A stretch of 64,000 bases of DNA from Eledone cirrhosa (Eukaryota): positions 6,200,001 to 6,264,000 of the forward strand of contig OZ024741.1 of NCBI GenBank assembly GCA_964016885.1, read 5' to 3'. A program made the translations under genes and the position numbers. Positions 14,701-27,999 of this stretch are shown here, one piece after another. Below the pieces are notes generated by a model. It ran no database searches. It was not told the origin of the DNA and saw nothing but the letters and a program-made list of their open reading frames with translations. Position 1 is the stretch's first letter. Each line of letters starts with the position of its first letter.

Positions 14701-17480
14701 AGGTATTCTGTACCTGACAGATGTAAAGGTATTCTGTACCTGACAGATGTAAAGGTATTCTGTACCTGACAGGTATAAAGGTATACTGTACCTGACAGGT
14801 ATAAAGGTATTCTGTAGCTGACAGATGTAAAGGTATTCTGTACCTGACAGGTATAAAGGTATTCTGTACCTGACAGGTATAAAGGTATTCTGTTCCTTAC
14901 AGGTATAAAGGTATTCTGTACCTGACAGATGTATAGGTATTCTGTTCCTGACAGATGTAAAGGTATTCTGTACCTGACAGGTATAAAGGTATTCTGTACC
15001 TGACAGGTATAAAGGTATTCTGTTCCTGACAGATGTAAAGGTATTCTGTACCTAACAGATGTAAAGGTATTCTGTACCTGACAGGTATAAAGGTATTCTG
15101 TTCCTGACAAGTATAAAGGTATTTTGTTTCTGACAGGTATAAAGATATTCTGTTCCTGACATGTATAAAGGTATTCTGTAGCTGACAGATATAAAGGTAT
15201 TCTGTACCTGACAGGTATAAATTATTCTGTACCTGACAGGTATAAAGGTATTCTGTACCTGACAGGTATAAAGGTATTCTGTACCTGACAGGTATAAAGG
15301 TATTCTGTACCCGACAGGTATAAAGGTATTCTGTCCCTGACAGATAAAAAGGTATTCTGTACCTGACAGATGTAAAGGTATTCTTTACCTGACAGGTATA
15401 AAGGTATTCTGTACCTGACAGATGTAAAGGTATTCTGTTCCTGACAGATGTAAAGTTATTCTGTACCTGACAGATATAAAGGTATTCTGTACCTGACAGA
15501 TGTAAAGGTATTCTGTACCTGACAGGTATAAAGGTATTCTGTACCTGACAGATGTAAAGGTATTCTGTTCCTGACAGGTATAAAGGTATTCTGTACCTGA
15601 CAGATGTAAAGGTATTCTGTACCTGACAGGTATAAAGGTATTCTGTTCCTGACAGATGTAAAGGTATTCTGTTCCTGACAGATGTAAAGGTATTCTGTAC
15701 CTGACAGGTATAAAGGTATTCTGTACCTGACAGGTATAAAGGTATTCTGTTCCTGACAGATGTAAAGGTATTCTGTACCTGACAGATGTAAAGGTATTCT
15801 GTACCTGACAGGTATATAGGTATTCTGTACCTGACAGGTATAAAGGTATTCTATACCTGACAGGTATAAAGGTATTCTGTACCTGACAGGTATAAAGGTA
15901 TTCTGTATCTGCGAGATATAAAGGTATTCTGTACCGGACAGATGTAAAGGTATTCTGTACCTGACAGATGTAAAGGTATTCTGTACCTGACAGATGTAAA
16001 GGTATTCTGTACCTGACAGATGTAAAGGTATTCTGTACCTGACAGGTATAAAGGTATTCTGTACCCGACAGGTATAAAGGTATTCTGTCCCTGACAGATA
16101 AAAAGGTATTCTGTACCTGACAGATGTAAAGGTATTCTTTACCTGACAGGTATAAAGGTATTCTGTACCTGACAGATATAAAGGTATTCTGTTCCTGACA
16201 GATGTAAAGGTATTCTGTACCTGACAGATGTAAAGGTATTCTGTACCTGACAGATGTAAAGGTATTCTGTACCTGACAGGTATAAAGGTATACTGTACCT
16301 GACAGGTATATAGGTATTCTGTAGCTGACAGATGTAAAGGTATTCTGTACCTGACAGGTATAAAGGTATTCTGTACCTGACAGGTATAAAGGTATTCTGT
16401 TCCTTACAGGTATAAAGGTATTCTGTACCTGACAGATGTAAAGGTATTCTGTTCCTGACAGATGTAAAGGTATTCTGTACCTGACAGGTATAAAGGTATT
16501 CTGTACCTGACAGGTATAAAGGTATTCTGTTCCTGACAGATGTAAAGGTATTCTGTACCTAACAGATGTAAAGGTATTCTGTACCTGACAGGTAGAAAGG
16601 TATTCTGTTCCTGACAAGTATAAATGTATTTTGTTTCTGACAGGTATAAAGATATTCTGTTCCTGACAGGTATAAAGTTATTCTGTACCTGACAGGTATA
16701 AAGGCATTCTGTACCTGACAGGAATGAAGGTATTCTGTTCCTGACAGTTGTAAAGGTATTCTGTTCCTGACAGATGTAAAGGTATTCTGTACCTGACAGG
16801 TATAAAGGTATTCTGTTCCTGACAGATTTAAAGGTATTCTGTTCCTGACAGATGTAAAGGTATTCTGTACCTGACAGGTATAAAGGTATTCTGTACCTGA
16901 CAGGTATAAAGGTATTCTGTTCCTGACAGATGTAAAGGTATTCTGTACCTGACAGATGTAAAGGTATTCTGTACCTGACAGGTATAAAGGTATTCTGTAC
17001 CTGACAGGTATAAAGGTATTCTGTTTCTGACAGGTATAGAGGTATTCTGTACCTGACAGGTATAAAGGTATTCTGTACCTGACAGGTATAAAGGTATTCT
17101 GTACCTGACAGATGTAAAGGTATTCTGTTCCTGACAGGTATAAAGGTATTCTGTACCTGACAGATGTAAAGGTATTCTCTACCTGACAGGTATAAAGGTA
17201 TTCTGTTCCTGACAGATGTAAAGGTATTCTGTTCCTGACAGATGTAAAGGTATTCTGTACCTGACAGGTATAAAGGTATTCTGTACCCGACAGGTATAAA
17301 GGTATTCTGTCCCTGACAGATAAAAAGGTATTCTGTACCTGACAGATGTAAAGGTATTCTTTACCTGACAGGTATAAAGGTATTCTGTACCTGACAGATA
17401 TAAAGGTATTCTGTTCCTGACAGATGTAAAGGTATTCTGTACCTGACAGATGTAAAGGTATTCTGTACCTGACAGATGTA
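11750..17480. repeat. Higher-order repeat: near-identical 2729-bp tandem duplication (105 monomers, one of them 25 bp); boundaries approximate
   Basis: The rare variant atctgcgaga lies at 13178 and 15907 (offset 2729), with a third copy at 10111. ORF-track entries 12656..13888 and 15385..16617 have the same length, appear to have the same translation, and are 2729 apart. ORF starts 12381 and 15110 share this offset. 2729 = 105x26 - 1. Confidence 0.85.
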
Positions 17481-20400
17481 AAGGTATTCTGTACCTGACA
17501 GGTATAAAGGTATTCTGTACCTGACAGGTATAAAGGTATTCTGTTCCTTACAGGTATAAAGGTATTCTGTACCTGACAGATGTAAAGGTATTCTGTTCCT
17601 GACAGATGTAAAGGTATTCTGTACCTGACAGGTATAAAGGTATTCTGTACCTGACAGGTATAAAGGTATTCTGTTCCTGACAGATGTAAAGGTATTCTGT
17701 ACCTAACAGATGTAAAGGTATTCTGTACCTGACAGGTAGAAAGGTATTCTGTTCCTGACAAGTATAAATGTATTTTGTTTCTGACAGGTATAAAGATATT
17801 CTGTTCCTGACAGGTATAAAGTTATTCTGTACCTGACAGGTATAAAGGCATTCTGTACCTGACAGGAATGAAGGTATTCTGTTCCTGACAGTTGTAAAGG
17901 TATTCTGTTCCTGACAGATGTAAAGGTATTCTGTACCTGACAGGTATAAAGGTATTCTGTTCCTGACAGATTTAAAGGTATTCTGTTCCTGACAGATGTA
18001 AAGGTATTCTGTACCTGACAGGTATAAAGGTATTCTGTACCTGACAGGTATAAAGGTATTCTGTTCCTGACAGATGTAAAGGTATTCTGTACCTGACAGA
18101 TGTAAAGGTATTCTGTACCTGACAGGTATAAAGGTATTCTGTACCTGACAGGTATAAAGGTATTCTGTTTCTGACAGGTATAGAGGTATTCTGTACCTGA
18201 CAGGTATAAAGGTATTCTGTACCTGACAGGTATAAAGGTATTCTGTACCTGACAGATGTAAAGGTATTCTGTTCCTGACAGGTATAAAGGTATTCTGTAC
18301 CTGACAGATGTAAAGGTATTCTCTACCTGACAGGTATAAAGGTATTCTGTTCCTGACAGATGTAAAGGTATTCTGTTCCTGACAGATGTAAAGGTATTCT
18401 GTACCTGACAGGTATAAAGGTATTCTGTACCTGACAGGTATAAAGGTATTCTGTTCCTGACAGATGTAAAGGTATTCTGTACCTGACAGATGTAAAGGTA
18501 TTCTGTACCTGACAGGTATATAGGTATTCTGTACCTGACAGGTATAAAGGTATTCTGTACCTGACAGGTATAAAGGTATTCTGTACCTGACAGGTATAAA
18601 GGTATTCTGTACCTGAGAGATATAAAGGTATTCTGTACCGGACAGATGTAAAGGTATTCTGTACCTGACAGATGTAAAGGTATTCTGTACCTGACAGATG
18701 TAAAGGTATTCTGTACCTGACAGATGTAAAGGTATTCTGTACCTGACAGGTATAAAGGTATTCTGTACCCGACAGGTATAAAGGTATTCTGTCCCTGACA
18801 GATAAAAAGGTATTCTGTACCTGACAGATGTAAAGGTATTCTTTACCTGACAGGTATAAAGGTATTCTGTACCTGACAGATATAAAGGTATTCTGTTCCT
18901 GACAGATGTAAAGGTATTCTGTACCTGACAGATGTAAAGGTATTCTGTACCTGACAGATGTAAAGGTATTCTGTACCTGACAGGTATAAAGGTATACTGT
19001 ACCTGACAGGTATAAAGGTATTCTGTAGCTGACAGATGTAAAGGTATTCTGTACCTCACAGGTATAAAGGTATTCTGTACCTGACAGGTATAAAGGTATT
19101 CTGTTCCTTACAGGTATAAAGGTATTCTGTACCTGACAGATGTATAGGTATTCTGTTCCTGACAGATGTAAAGGTATTCTGTACCTGACAGGTATAAAGG
19201 TATTCTGTACCTGACAGGTATAAAGGTATTCTGTTCCTGACAGATGTAAAGGTATTCTGTACCTAACAGATGTAAAGGTATTCTATACCTGACAGGTATA
19301 AAGGTATTCTGTTCCTGACAAGTATAAAGGTATTTTGTTTCTGACAGGTATAAAGATATTCTGTTCCTGACAGGTATAAAGTTATTCTGTACCTGACAGG
19401 TATAAAGGCATTCTGTACCTGACAGGAATGAAGGTATTCTGTTCCTGACAGTTGTAAAGGTATTCTGTTCCTGACAGATGTAAAGGTATTCTGTACCTGA
19501 CAGGTATAAAGGTATTCTGTTCCTGACAGATTTAAAGGTATTCTGTTCCTGACAGATGTAAAGGTATTCTGTACCTGACAGGTATAAAGGTATTCTGTAC
19601 CTGACAGGTATAAAGGTATTCTGTTCCTGACAGATGTAAAGGTATTCTGTACCTGACAGATGTAAAGGTATTCTGTACCTGACAGGTATAAAGGTATTCT
19701 GTACCTGACAGGTATAAAGGTATTCTGTTTCTGACAGGTATAGAGGTATTCTGTACCTGACAGGTATAAAGGTATTCTGTACCTGACAGGTATAAAGGTA
19801 TTCTGTACCTGACAGATATAAAGGTATTCTGTTCCTGACATGTATAAAGGTATTCTGTACCTGACATATATAAAGGTATTCTGTACCTGACAGGTATAAA
19901 TTATTCTGTACCTGACAGGTATAAAGGTATTCTGTACCTGACAGGTATAAAGGTATTCTGTACCTGACAGGTATAAAGGTATTCTGTACCTGACAGGTAT
20001 AAAGGTATTCTGTACCTGAGAGATATAAAGGTATTCTGTACCGGACAGGTATAAAGGTATTCCGTACCTGACAGGTATAAAGGTATTCTGTACCTGACAT
20101 GTATAAAGGTATTCTGTACCTGACAGATATAATGGTATTCTGTTCCTGACATGTATAAAGGTATTCTGTACCTGACAGATATAAAGGTATTCTGTACCTG
20201 ACAGGTATAAATTATTCTGTACCTGACAGGTATAAAGGTATTCTGTTCCTGACAGATGTAAAGGTATTCTGTTCCTGACAGATGTAAAGGTATTCTGTAC
20301 CTGACAGGTATAAAGGTATTCTGTACCTGACAGGTATAAAGGCATTCTGTTCCTGACAGATGTAAAGGTATTCTGTACCTGACAGATGTAAAGGTATTCT

Positions 20401-23400
20401 GTACCTGACAGGTATAAAGGTATTCTGTACCTGACAGGTATAAAGGTATTCTGTTTCTGACAGGTATAGAGGTATTCTGTACCTGACAGGTATAAAGGTA
20501 TTCTGTACCTGACAGGTATAAAGGTATTCTGTACCTGACAGATATAAAGGTATTCTGTTCCTGACATGTATAAAGGTATTCTGTAGCTGACAGATATAAA
20601 GGTATTCTGTACCTGACAGGTATAAATTATTCTGTACCTGACAGGTATAAAGGTATTCTGTACCTGACAGGTATAAAGGTATTTTTTACCTGACAGGTAT
20701 AAAGGTATTCTGTACCTGACAGATGTAAAGGTATTCTGTTCCTGACAGATGTAAAGTTATTCTGTACCTGACAGATATAAAGGTATTCTGTACCTGACAG
20801 ATGTAAAGGTATTCTGTACCTGACAGGTATAAAGGTATACTGTACCTGACAGGTATAAAGGTATTCTGTAGCTGACAGATGTAAAGGTATTCTGTACCTG
20901 ACAGGTATAAAGGTATTCTGTACCTGACAGGTATAAAGGTATTCTGTTCCTTACAGGTATAAAGGTATTCTATACCTGACAGATGTAAAGGTATTCTGTA
21001 CCTGACAGGTATAAAGGTATTCTGTACCTGACAGATATAAAAGTATTCTGTACCTGACAGGTATAAAGGTATTCTGTACATGACAGGTATAAAGGTATTC
21101 TGTTCAAGACAGGTATAAAGGTATTATGTTCCTGACAAGTATAAAGATATTCTGTTCCTGACAGGTATAAAGGTATTCTGTACCTGACAGGTATAAAGGC
21201 ATTCTGTACCTAACAGGAATGAAGGTATTCTCTTCCTGACAGTTGTAAAGGTATTCTGTTCCTGACAGATGTAAAGGTATTCTGTACCTGACTGGTATAA
21301 AGGTATTCTGTTCCTGACAGATGTAAAGGTATTCTGTTCCTGACAGATGTAAAGGTATTCTGTACCTGACAGGTATAAAGGTATTCTGTTCCTGACAGAT
21401 GTAAAGGTATTCTGTTCCTGACAGATGTAAAGGTATTCTGTACCTGACAGGTATAAAGGTATTCTGTTCCTGACAGATGTAAAGGTATTCTGTTCCTCAC
21501 AGATGTAAAGGTATTCTGTACCTGACAGGTATAAAGGTATTCTGTTCCTGACAGATGTAAAGGTATTCTGTTCCTGACAGATGTAAAGGTATTCTGTACC
21601 TGACAGGTATAAAGGTATTCTGTACCTGATAGGTATAAAGGTATTCTGTTCCTGACAGATGTAAAGGTATTCTATACCTGACAGATGTAAAGGTATTCTG
21701 TACCTGACAGGTATAAAGGTATTCTGTACCTGACAGGTATAAAGGTATTCTGTTTCTGACAGGTATAGAGGTATTCTGTACCTGACAGGTATAAAGGTAT
21801 TCTGTACCTGACAGGTATAAAGTTATTCTGTACCTGAAAGATATAAAGGTATTCTGTTCCTGACATGTATAAAGGTATTCTGTACCTGACAGATATAAAG
21901 GTATTCTGTACCTGACAGATATAAAGTATTCTGTTCCTGACATGTATAAAGGTATTCTGTACCTGACAGATATAAAGGTATTCTGTACCTGACAGGTATA
22001 AATTATTCTGTACCTGACAGGTATAAAGGTATTCTGTTCCTGACAGATGTAAAGGTATTCTGTTCCTGACAGGTATAAAGGTATTCTGTACCTGACAGGT
22101 ATAAAGGTATTCTGTTCCTTACAGGTATAAAGGTATTCTGTACCTGACAGATGTAAAGGTATTCTGTTCCTGACAGATGTAAAGGTATTCTGTACCTGAC
22201 AGGTATAAAGGTATTCTGTACCTGACAGATGTAAAGGTATTCTGTACCTGACAGATGTAAAGGTATTCTGTACCTGACAGGTATAAAGGTATTCTGTACC
22301 CGACAGGTATAAAGGTATTCTGTCCCTGACAGATAAAAAGGTATTCTGTACCTGACAGATGTGAAGGTATTCTTTACCTGACAGGTATAAAGGTATTCTG
22401 TACCTGACAGATATAAAGGTGTTCTGTTCCTGACAGATGTAAAGGTATTCTGTACCTGACAGATGTAAAGGTATTCTGTACCTGACAGATGTAAAGGTAT
22501 TCTGTACCTGACAGGTATAAAGGTATACTGTACCTGACAGGTATAAAGGTATTCTGTAGCTGACAGATGTAAAGGTATTCTGTACCTGACAGGTATAAAG
22601 GTATTCTGTACCTGACAGGTATAAAGGTATTCTGTTCCTTACAGGTATAAAGGTATTCTGTACCTGCCAGATGTAAAGGTATTCTGTTCCTGACAGATGT
22701 AAAGGTATTCTGTACCTGACAGGTATAAAGGTATTCTGTACCTGACAGGTATAAAGGTATTCTGTTCCTGACAAGTATAAAGGTATTTTGTTTCTGACAG
22801 GTATAAAGATATTCTGTTCCTGACAGGTATAAAGGTATTCTGTACCTGACAGGTATAAAGGCATTCTGTACCTGACAGGAATGAAGGTATTCTGTTCCTG
22901 ACAGTTGTAAAGGTATTCTGTTCCTGACAGATGTAAAGGTATTCTGTACCTGACAGGTATAAAGGTATTCTGTTCCTGACAGATTTAAAGGTATTCTGTT
23001 CCTGACAGATGTAAAGGTATTCTGTACCTGACAGGTATAAAGGTATTCTGTACCTGACAGGTATAAAGGTATTCTGTTCCTGACAGATGTAAAGGTATTC
23101 TGTACCTGACAGATGTAAAGGTATTCTGTACCTGACAGGTATAAAGGTATTCTGTACCGGACAGGTGTAAAGGTATTCTGTTCCTGACAGATGTAAAGGT
23201 ATTCTGTTCCTGACAGATGTAAAGGTATTCTGTACCTGACAGGTATAAAGGTATTCTGTACCTGACAGGTATAAAGGCATTCTGTTCCTGACAGATGTAA
23301 AGGTATTCTGTACCTGACAGATGTAAAGGTATTCTGTACCTGACAGGTATAAAGGTATTCTGTACCTGACAGGTATAAAGGTATTCTGTTTCTGACAGGT

Positions 23401-24069
23401 ATAGAGGTATTCTGTACCTGACAGGTATAAAGGTATTCTGTACCTGAAAGGTATAAAGGTATTCTGTACCTGACAGGTATAAAGGTATTCTGTACCTGAC
23501 AGATATAAAGGTATTCTGTTCCTGACATGTATAAAGGTATTCTGTAGCTGACAGATATAAAGGTAATCTGTACCTGACAGATATAAATTATTCTGTACCT
23601 GACAGGTATAAAGGTATTCTGTACCTGACAGGTATAAAGGTATTCTGTACCTGACAGGTATAAAGGTATTCTGTACCCGACAGGTATAAAGGTATTCTGT
23701 CCCTGACAGATAAAAAGGTATTCTGTACCTGACAGATGTAAAGGTATTCTTTACCTGACAGGTATAAAGGTATTCTGTTCCTGACAGATGTAAAGGTATT
23801 CTGTTCCTGACAGATGTAAAGTTATTCTGTACCTGACAGATATAAAGGTATTCTGTACCTGACAGATGTAAAGGTATTCTGTACCTGACAGATGTAAAGG
23901 TATTCTGTACCTGACAGATGTAAAGGTATTCTGTACCTGACAGGTATAAAGGTATACTGTACCTGACAGATATAAAGGTATTCTGTAGCTAACAGATGTA
24001 AAGGTATTCTGTACCTGACAGGTATAAAGGTATTCTGTACCTGACAGGTATAAAGGTATTCTGTTCCTT

Positions 24070-27000
24070 ACAGGTATAAAGGTGTTCTATACCTGACAGA
24101 TGTAAAGGTATTCTGTACCTGACAGGTATAAAGGTATTCTGTACCTGACAGATATAAAAGTATTCTGTACCTGACAGGTATAAAGGTATTCTGTACATGA
24201 CAGGTATAAAGGTATTCTGTTCCTGACAAGTATAAAGATATTCTGTTCCTGACAGGTATAAAGGTATTCTGTACCTGACAGGTATAAAGGCATTCTGTAC
24301 CTAACAGGAATGAAGGTATTCTCTTCCTGACAGTTGTAAAGCTATTCTGTTCCTGACAGATGTAAAGGTATTCTGTACCTGACAGGTATAAAGGTATTCT
24401 GTTCCTGACAGATGTAAAGGTATTCTGTTCCTGACAGATGTAAAGGTATTCTGTACCTGACAGGTATAAAGGTATTCTGTTCCTGACAGATGTAAAGGTA
24501 TTCTGTTCCTGACAGATGTAAAGGTATTCTGTACCTGACAGGTGTAAAGGTATTCTGTACCTGACAGGTATAAAGGTATTCTGTTCCTGACAGATGTAAA
24601 GGTATTCTGTTCCTGACAGATGTAAAGGAATTCTGTACCTGACAGGTATAAAGGTATTCTGTACCTGACAGGTATAAAGGTATTCTGTTCCTGACAGATG
24701 TAAAGGTATTCTGTACCTGACAGATGTAAAGGTATTCTGTACCTGACAGGTATAAAGGTATTCTGTACCTGACAGGTATAAAGGTATTCTGTTTCTGACA
24801 GGTATAGAGGTATTCTGTACCTGACAGGTATAAAGGTATTCTGTACCTGACAGGTATAAAGTTATTCTGTACCTGACAGATATAAAGGTATTCTGTTCCT
24901 GACATGTATAAAGGTATTCTATTCTGTACCTGACAGATATAAAGGTATTCTGTACCTGACAGGTATAAAGGTATTCCGTACCTGACAGGTATAAAGGTAT
25001 TCTGTACCTGACAGATATAAAGTATTCTGTTCCTGACATGTATAAAGGTATTCTGTACCTAACAGATATAAAGGTATTCTGTACCTGACAGGTATAAATT
25101 ATTCTGTACCTGACAGGTATAAAGGTATTCTGTTCCTGACAGATGTAAAGGTATTCTGTTCCTGACAGGTTTAAAGGTATTCTGTACCTGACAGGTATAA
25201 AGGTATTCTGTTCCTTACAGGTATAAAGGTATTCTGTACCTGACAGATGTAAAGGTATTCTGTTCCTGACAGATGTAAAGGTATTCTCTACCTGACAGGT
25301 ATAAAGGTATTCTGTACCTGACAGGTATAAAGGTATTCTGTTCCTGACAGATGTAAAGGTATTCTGTACCTAACAGATGTAAAGGTATTCTGTACCTGAC
25401 AGGTATAAAGGTATTCTGTTCCTGACAAGTATAAAGGTATTTTGTTTCTGACAGGTATAAAGATATTCTGTTCCTGACAGGTATAAAGGTATTCTGTACC
25501 TGACAGGTATAAAGGCTTTCTGTACCTGACAGGAATGAAGGTATTCTGTTCCTGACAGTTGTAAAGGTATTCTGTTCCTGACAGATGTAAAGGTATTCTG
25601 TACCTGACAGGTATAAAGGTATTCTGTTCCTGACAGATTTAAAGGTATTCTGTTCCTGACAGATGTAAAGGTATTCTGTACCTGACAGGTATAAAGGTAT
25701 TCTGTACCTGACAGGTATAAAGGTATTCTGTTCCTGACAGATGTAAAGGTATTCTGTACCTGACAGATGTAAAGGTATTCTGTACCTGACAGGTATAAAG
25801 GTATTCTGTACCTGACAGGTATAAAGGTATTCTGTTTCTGACAGGTATAGAGGTATTCTGTACCTGACAGGTATAAAGGTATTCTGTACCTGACAGGTAT
25901 AAAGGTATTCTGTACCTGACAGATATAAAGGTATTCTGTTCCTGACATGTATAAAGGTATTCTGTACTTGACATATATAAAGGTATTCTGTACCTGACAG
26001 GTATAAATTATTCTGTACCTGACAGGTATAAAGGTATTCTGTACCTGACAGGTATAAAGGTATTCTGTACCTGACAGGTATAACGGTATTCTGTACCTGA
26101 CAGGTATAAAGGTATTCTGTACCTGAGAGATATAAAGGTATTCTGTACCGGACAGGTATAAAGGTATTCCGTACCTGACAGGTATAAAGGTATTCTGTAC
26201 CTGACATGTATAAAGGTATTCTGTAGCTGACTGATATAAAGGTATTCTGTTCCTCACATGTATAAAGGTATTCTGTACCTGACAGATATAAAGGTATTCT
26301 GTACCTGACAGGTATAAATTATTCTGTACCTGACAGGTATAAAGGTATTCTGTTCCTTACAGGTATAAAGGTATTCTATACCTGACAGATGTAAAGGTAT
26401 TCTGTACCTGACAGGTATAAAGGTATTCTGTACCTGACAGATATAAAAGTATTCTGTACCTGACAGGTATAAAGGTATTCTGTACATGACAGGTATAAAG
26501 GTATTCTGTTCAAGACAGGTATAAAGGTATTATGTTCCTGACAAGTATAAAGATATTCTGTTCCTGACAGGTATAAAGGTATTCTGTACCTGACAGGTAT
26601 AAAGGCATTCTGTACCTAACAGGAATGAAGGTATTCTCTTCCTGACAGTTGTAAAGGTATTCTGTTCCTGACAGATGTAAAGGTATTCTGTACCTGACAG
26701 GTATAAAGGTATTCTGTTCCTGACAGATGTAAAGTTATTCTGTTCCTGACAGATGTAAAGGTTTTCTGTACCTGACAGTTATAAAGGTATTCTGTTCCTG
26801 ACAGATGTAAAGGTATTCTGTTCCTGACAGATGTAAAGGTATTCTGTACCTGACAGGTGTAAAGGTATTCTGTACCTGACAGATGTAAAGGTATTCTGTT
26901 CCTGACAGATGTAAAGGAATTCTGTACCTGACAGGTATAAAGGTATTCTGTACCTGACAGGTATAAAGGTATTCTGTTCCTGACAGATGTAAAGGTATTC

Positions 27001-27550
27001 TGTACCTGACAGATGTAAAGGTATTCTGTACCTGACAGGTATAAAGGTATTCTGTACCTGACAGGTATAAAGGTATTCTGTTTCTGACAGGTATAGAGGT
27101 ATTCTGTACCTGACAGGTATAAAGGTATTCTGTACCTGACAGGTATAAAGTTATTCTGTACCTGACAGATATAAAGGTATTCTGTTCCTGACATGTATAA
27201 AGGTATTCTATTCTGTACCTGACAGATATAAAGGTATTCTGTACCTGACAGGTATAAAGGTATTCCGTACCTGACAGGTATAAAGGTATTCTGTACCTGA
27301 CAGATATAAAGTATTCTGTTCCTGACATGTATAAAGGTATTCTGTACCTGACAGATATAAAGGTATTCTGTACCTGACAGGTATAAATTATTCTGTACCT
27401 GACAGGTATAAAGGTATTCTGTTCCTGACAGATGTAAAGGTATTCTGTTCCTGACAGGTATAAAGGTATTCTGTACCTGACAGGTATAAAGGTATTCTGT
27501 TCCTTACAGGTATAAAGGTATTCTGTACCTGACAGATGTAAAGGTATTCT
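24070..27550. repeat. Higher-order duplication with 2289-bp offset, marked by a 31-bp monomer (ATTCT duplicated); boundaries approximate
   Basis: ggtattctattctgtacc has its 5-bp duplication at 24916-24925 and at 27205-27214. Neighbouring variants (aaggaattctg, ttccgtacc, tctcttcc) recur in the same order. Confidence 0.75.
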
Positions 27551-27999
27551 GTTCCTGACAGATGTAAAGGTATTCTGTACCTGACAGGTATAAAGGTATT
27601 CTGTACCTGACAGGTATAAAGGTATTCTGTTCCTGACAAGTATAAAGGTATTTTGTTTCTGACAGGTATAAAGATATTCTGTTCCTGACAGGTATAAAGG
27701 TATTCTGTACCTGACAGGTATAAAGGCATTCTGTACCTGACAGGAATGAAGGTATTCTGTTCCTGACAGTTGTAAAGGTATTCTGTTCCTGACAGATGTA
27801 AAGGTATTCTGTACCTGACAGGTATAAAGGTATTCTGTTCCTGACAGATTTAAAGGTATTCTGTTCCTGACAGATGTAAAGGTATTATGTACCTGACAGG
27901 TATAAAGGTATTCTGTACCTGACAGGTATAAAGGTATTCTGTTCCTGACAGATGTAAAGATATTCTGTACCTGACAGATGTAAAGGTATTCTGTACCTG

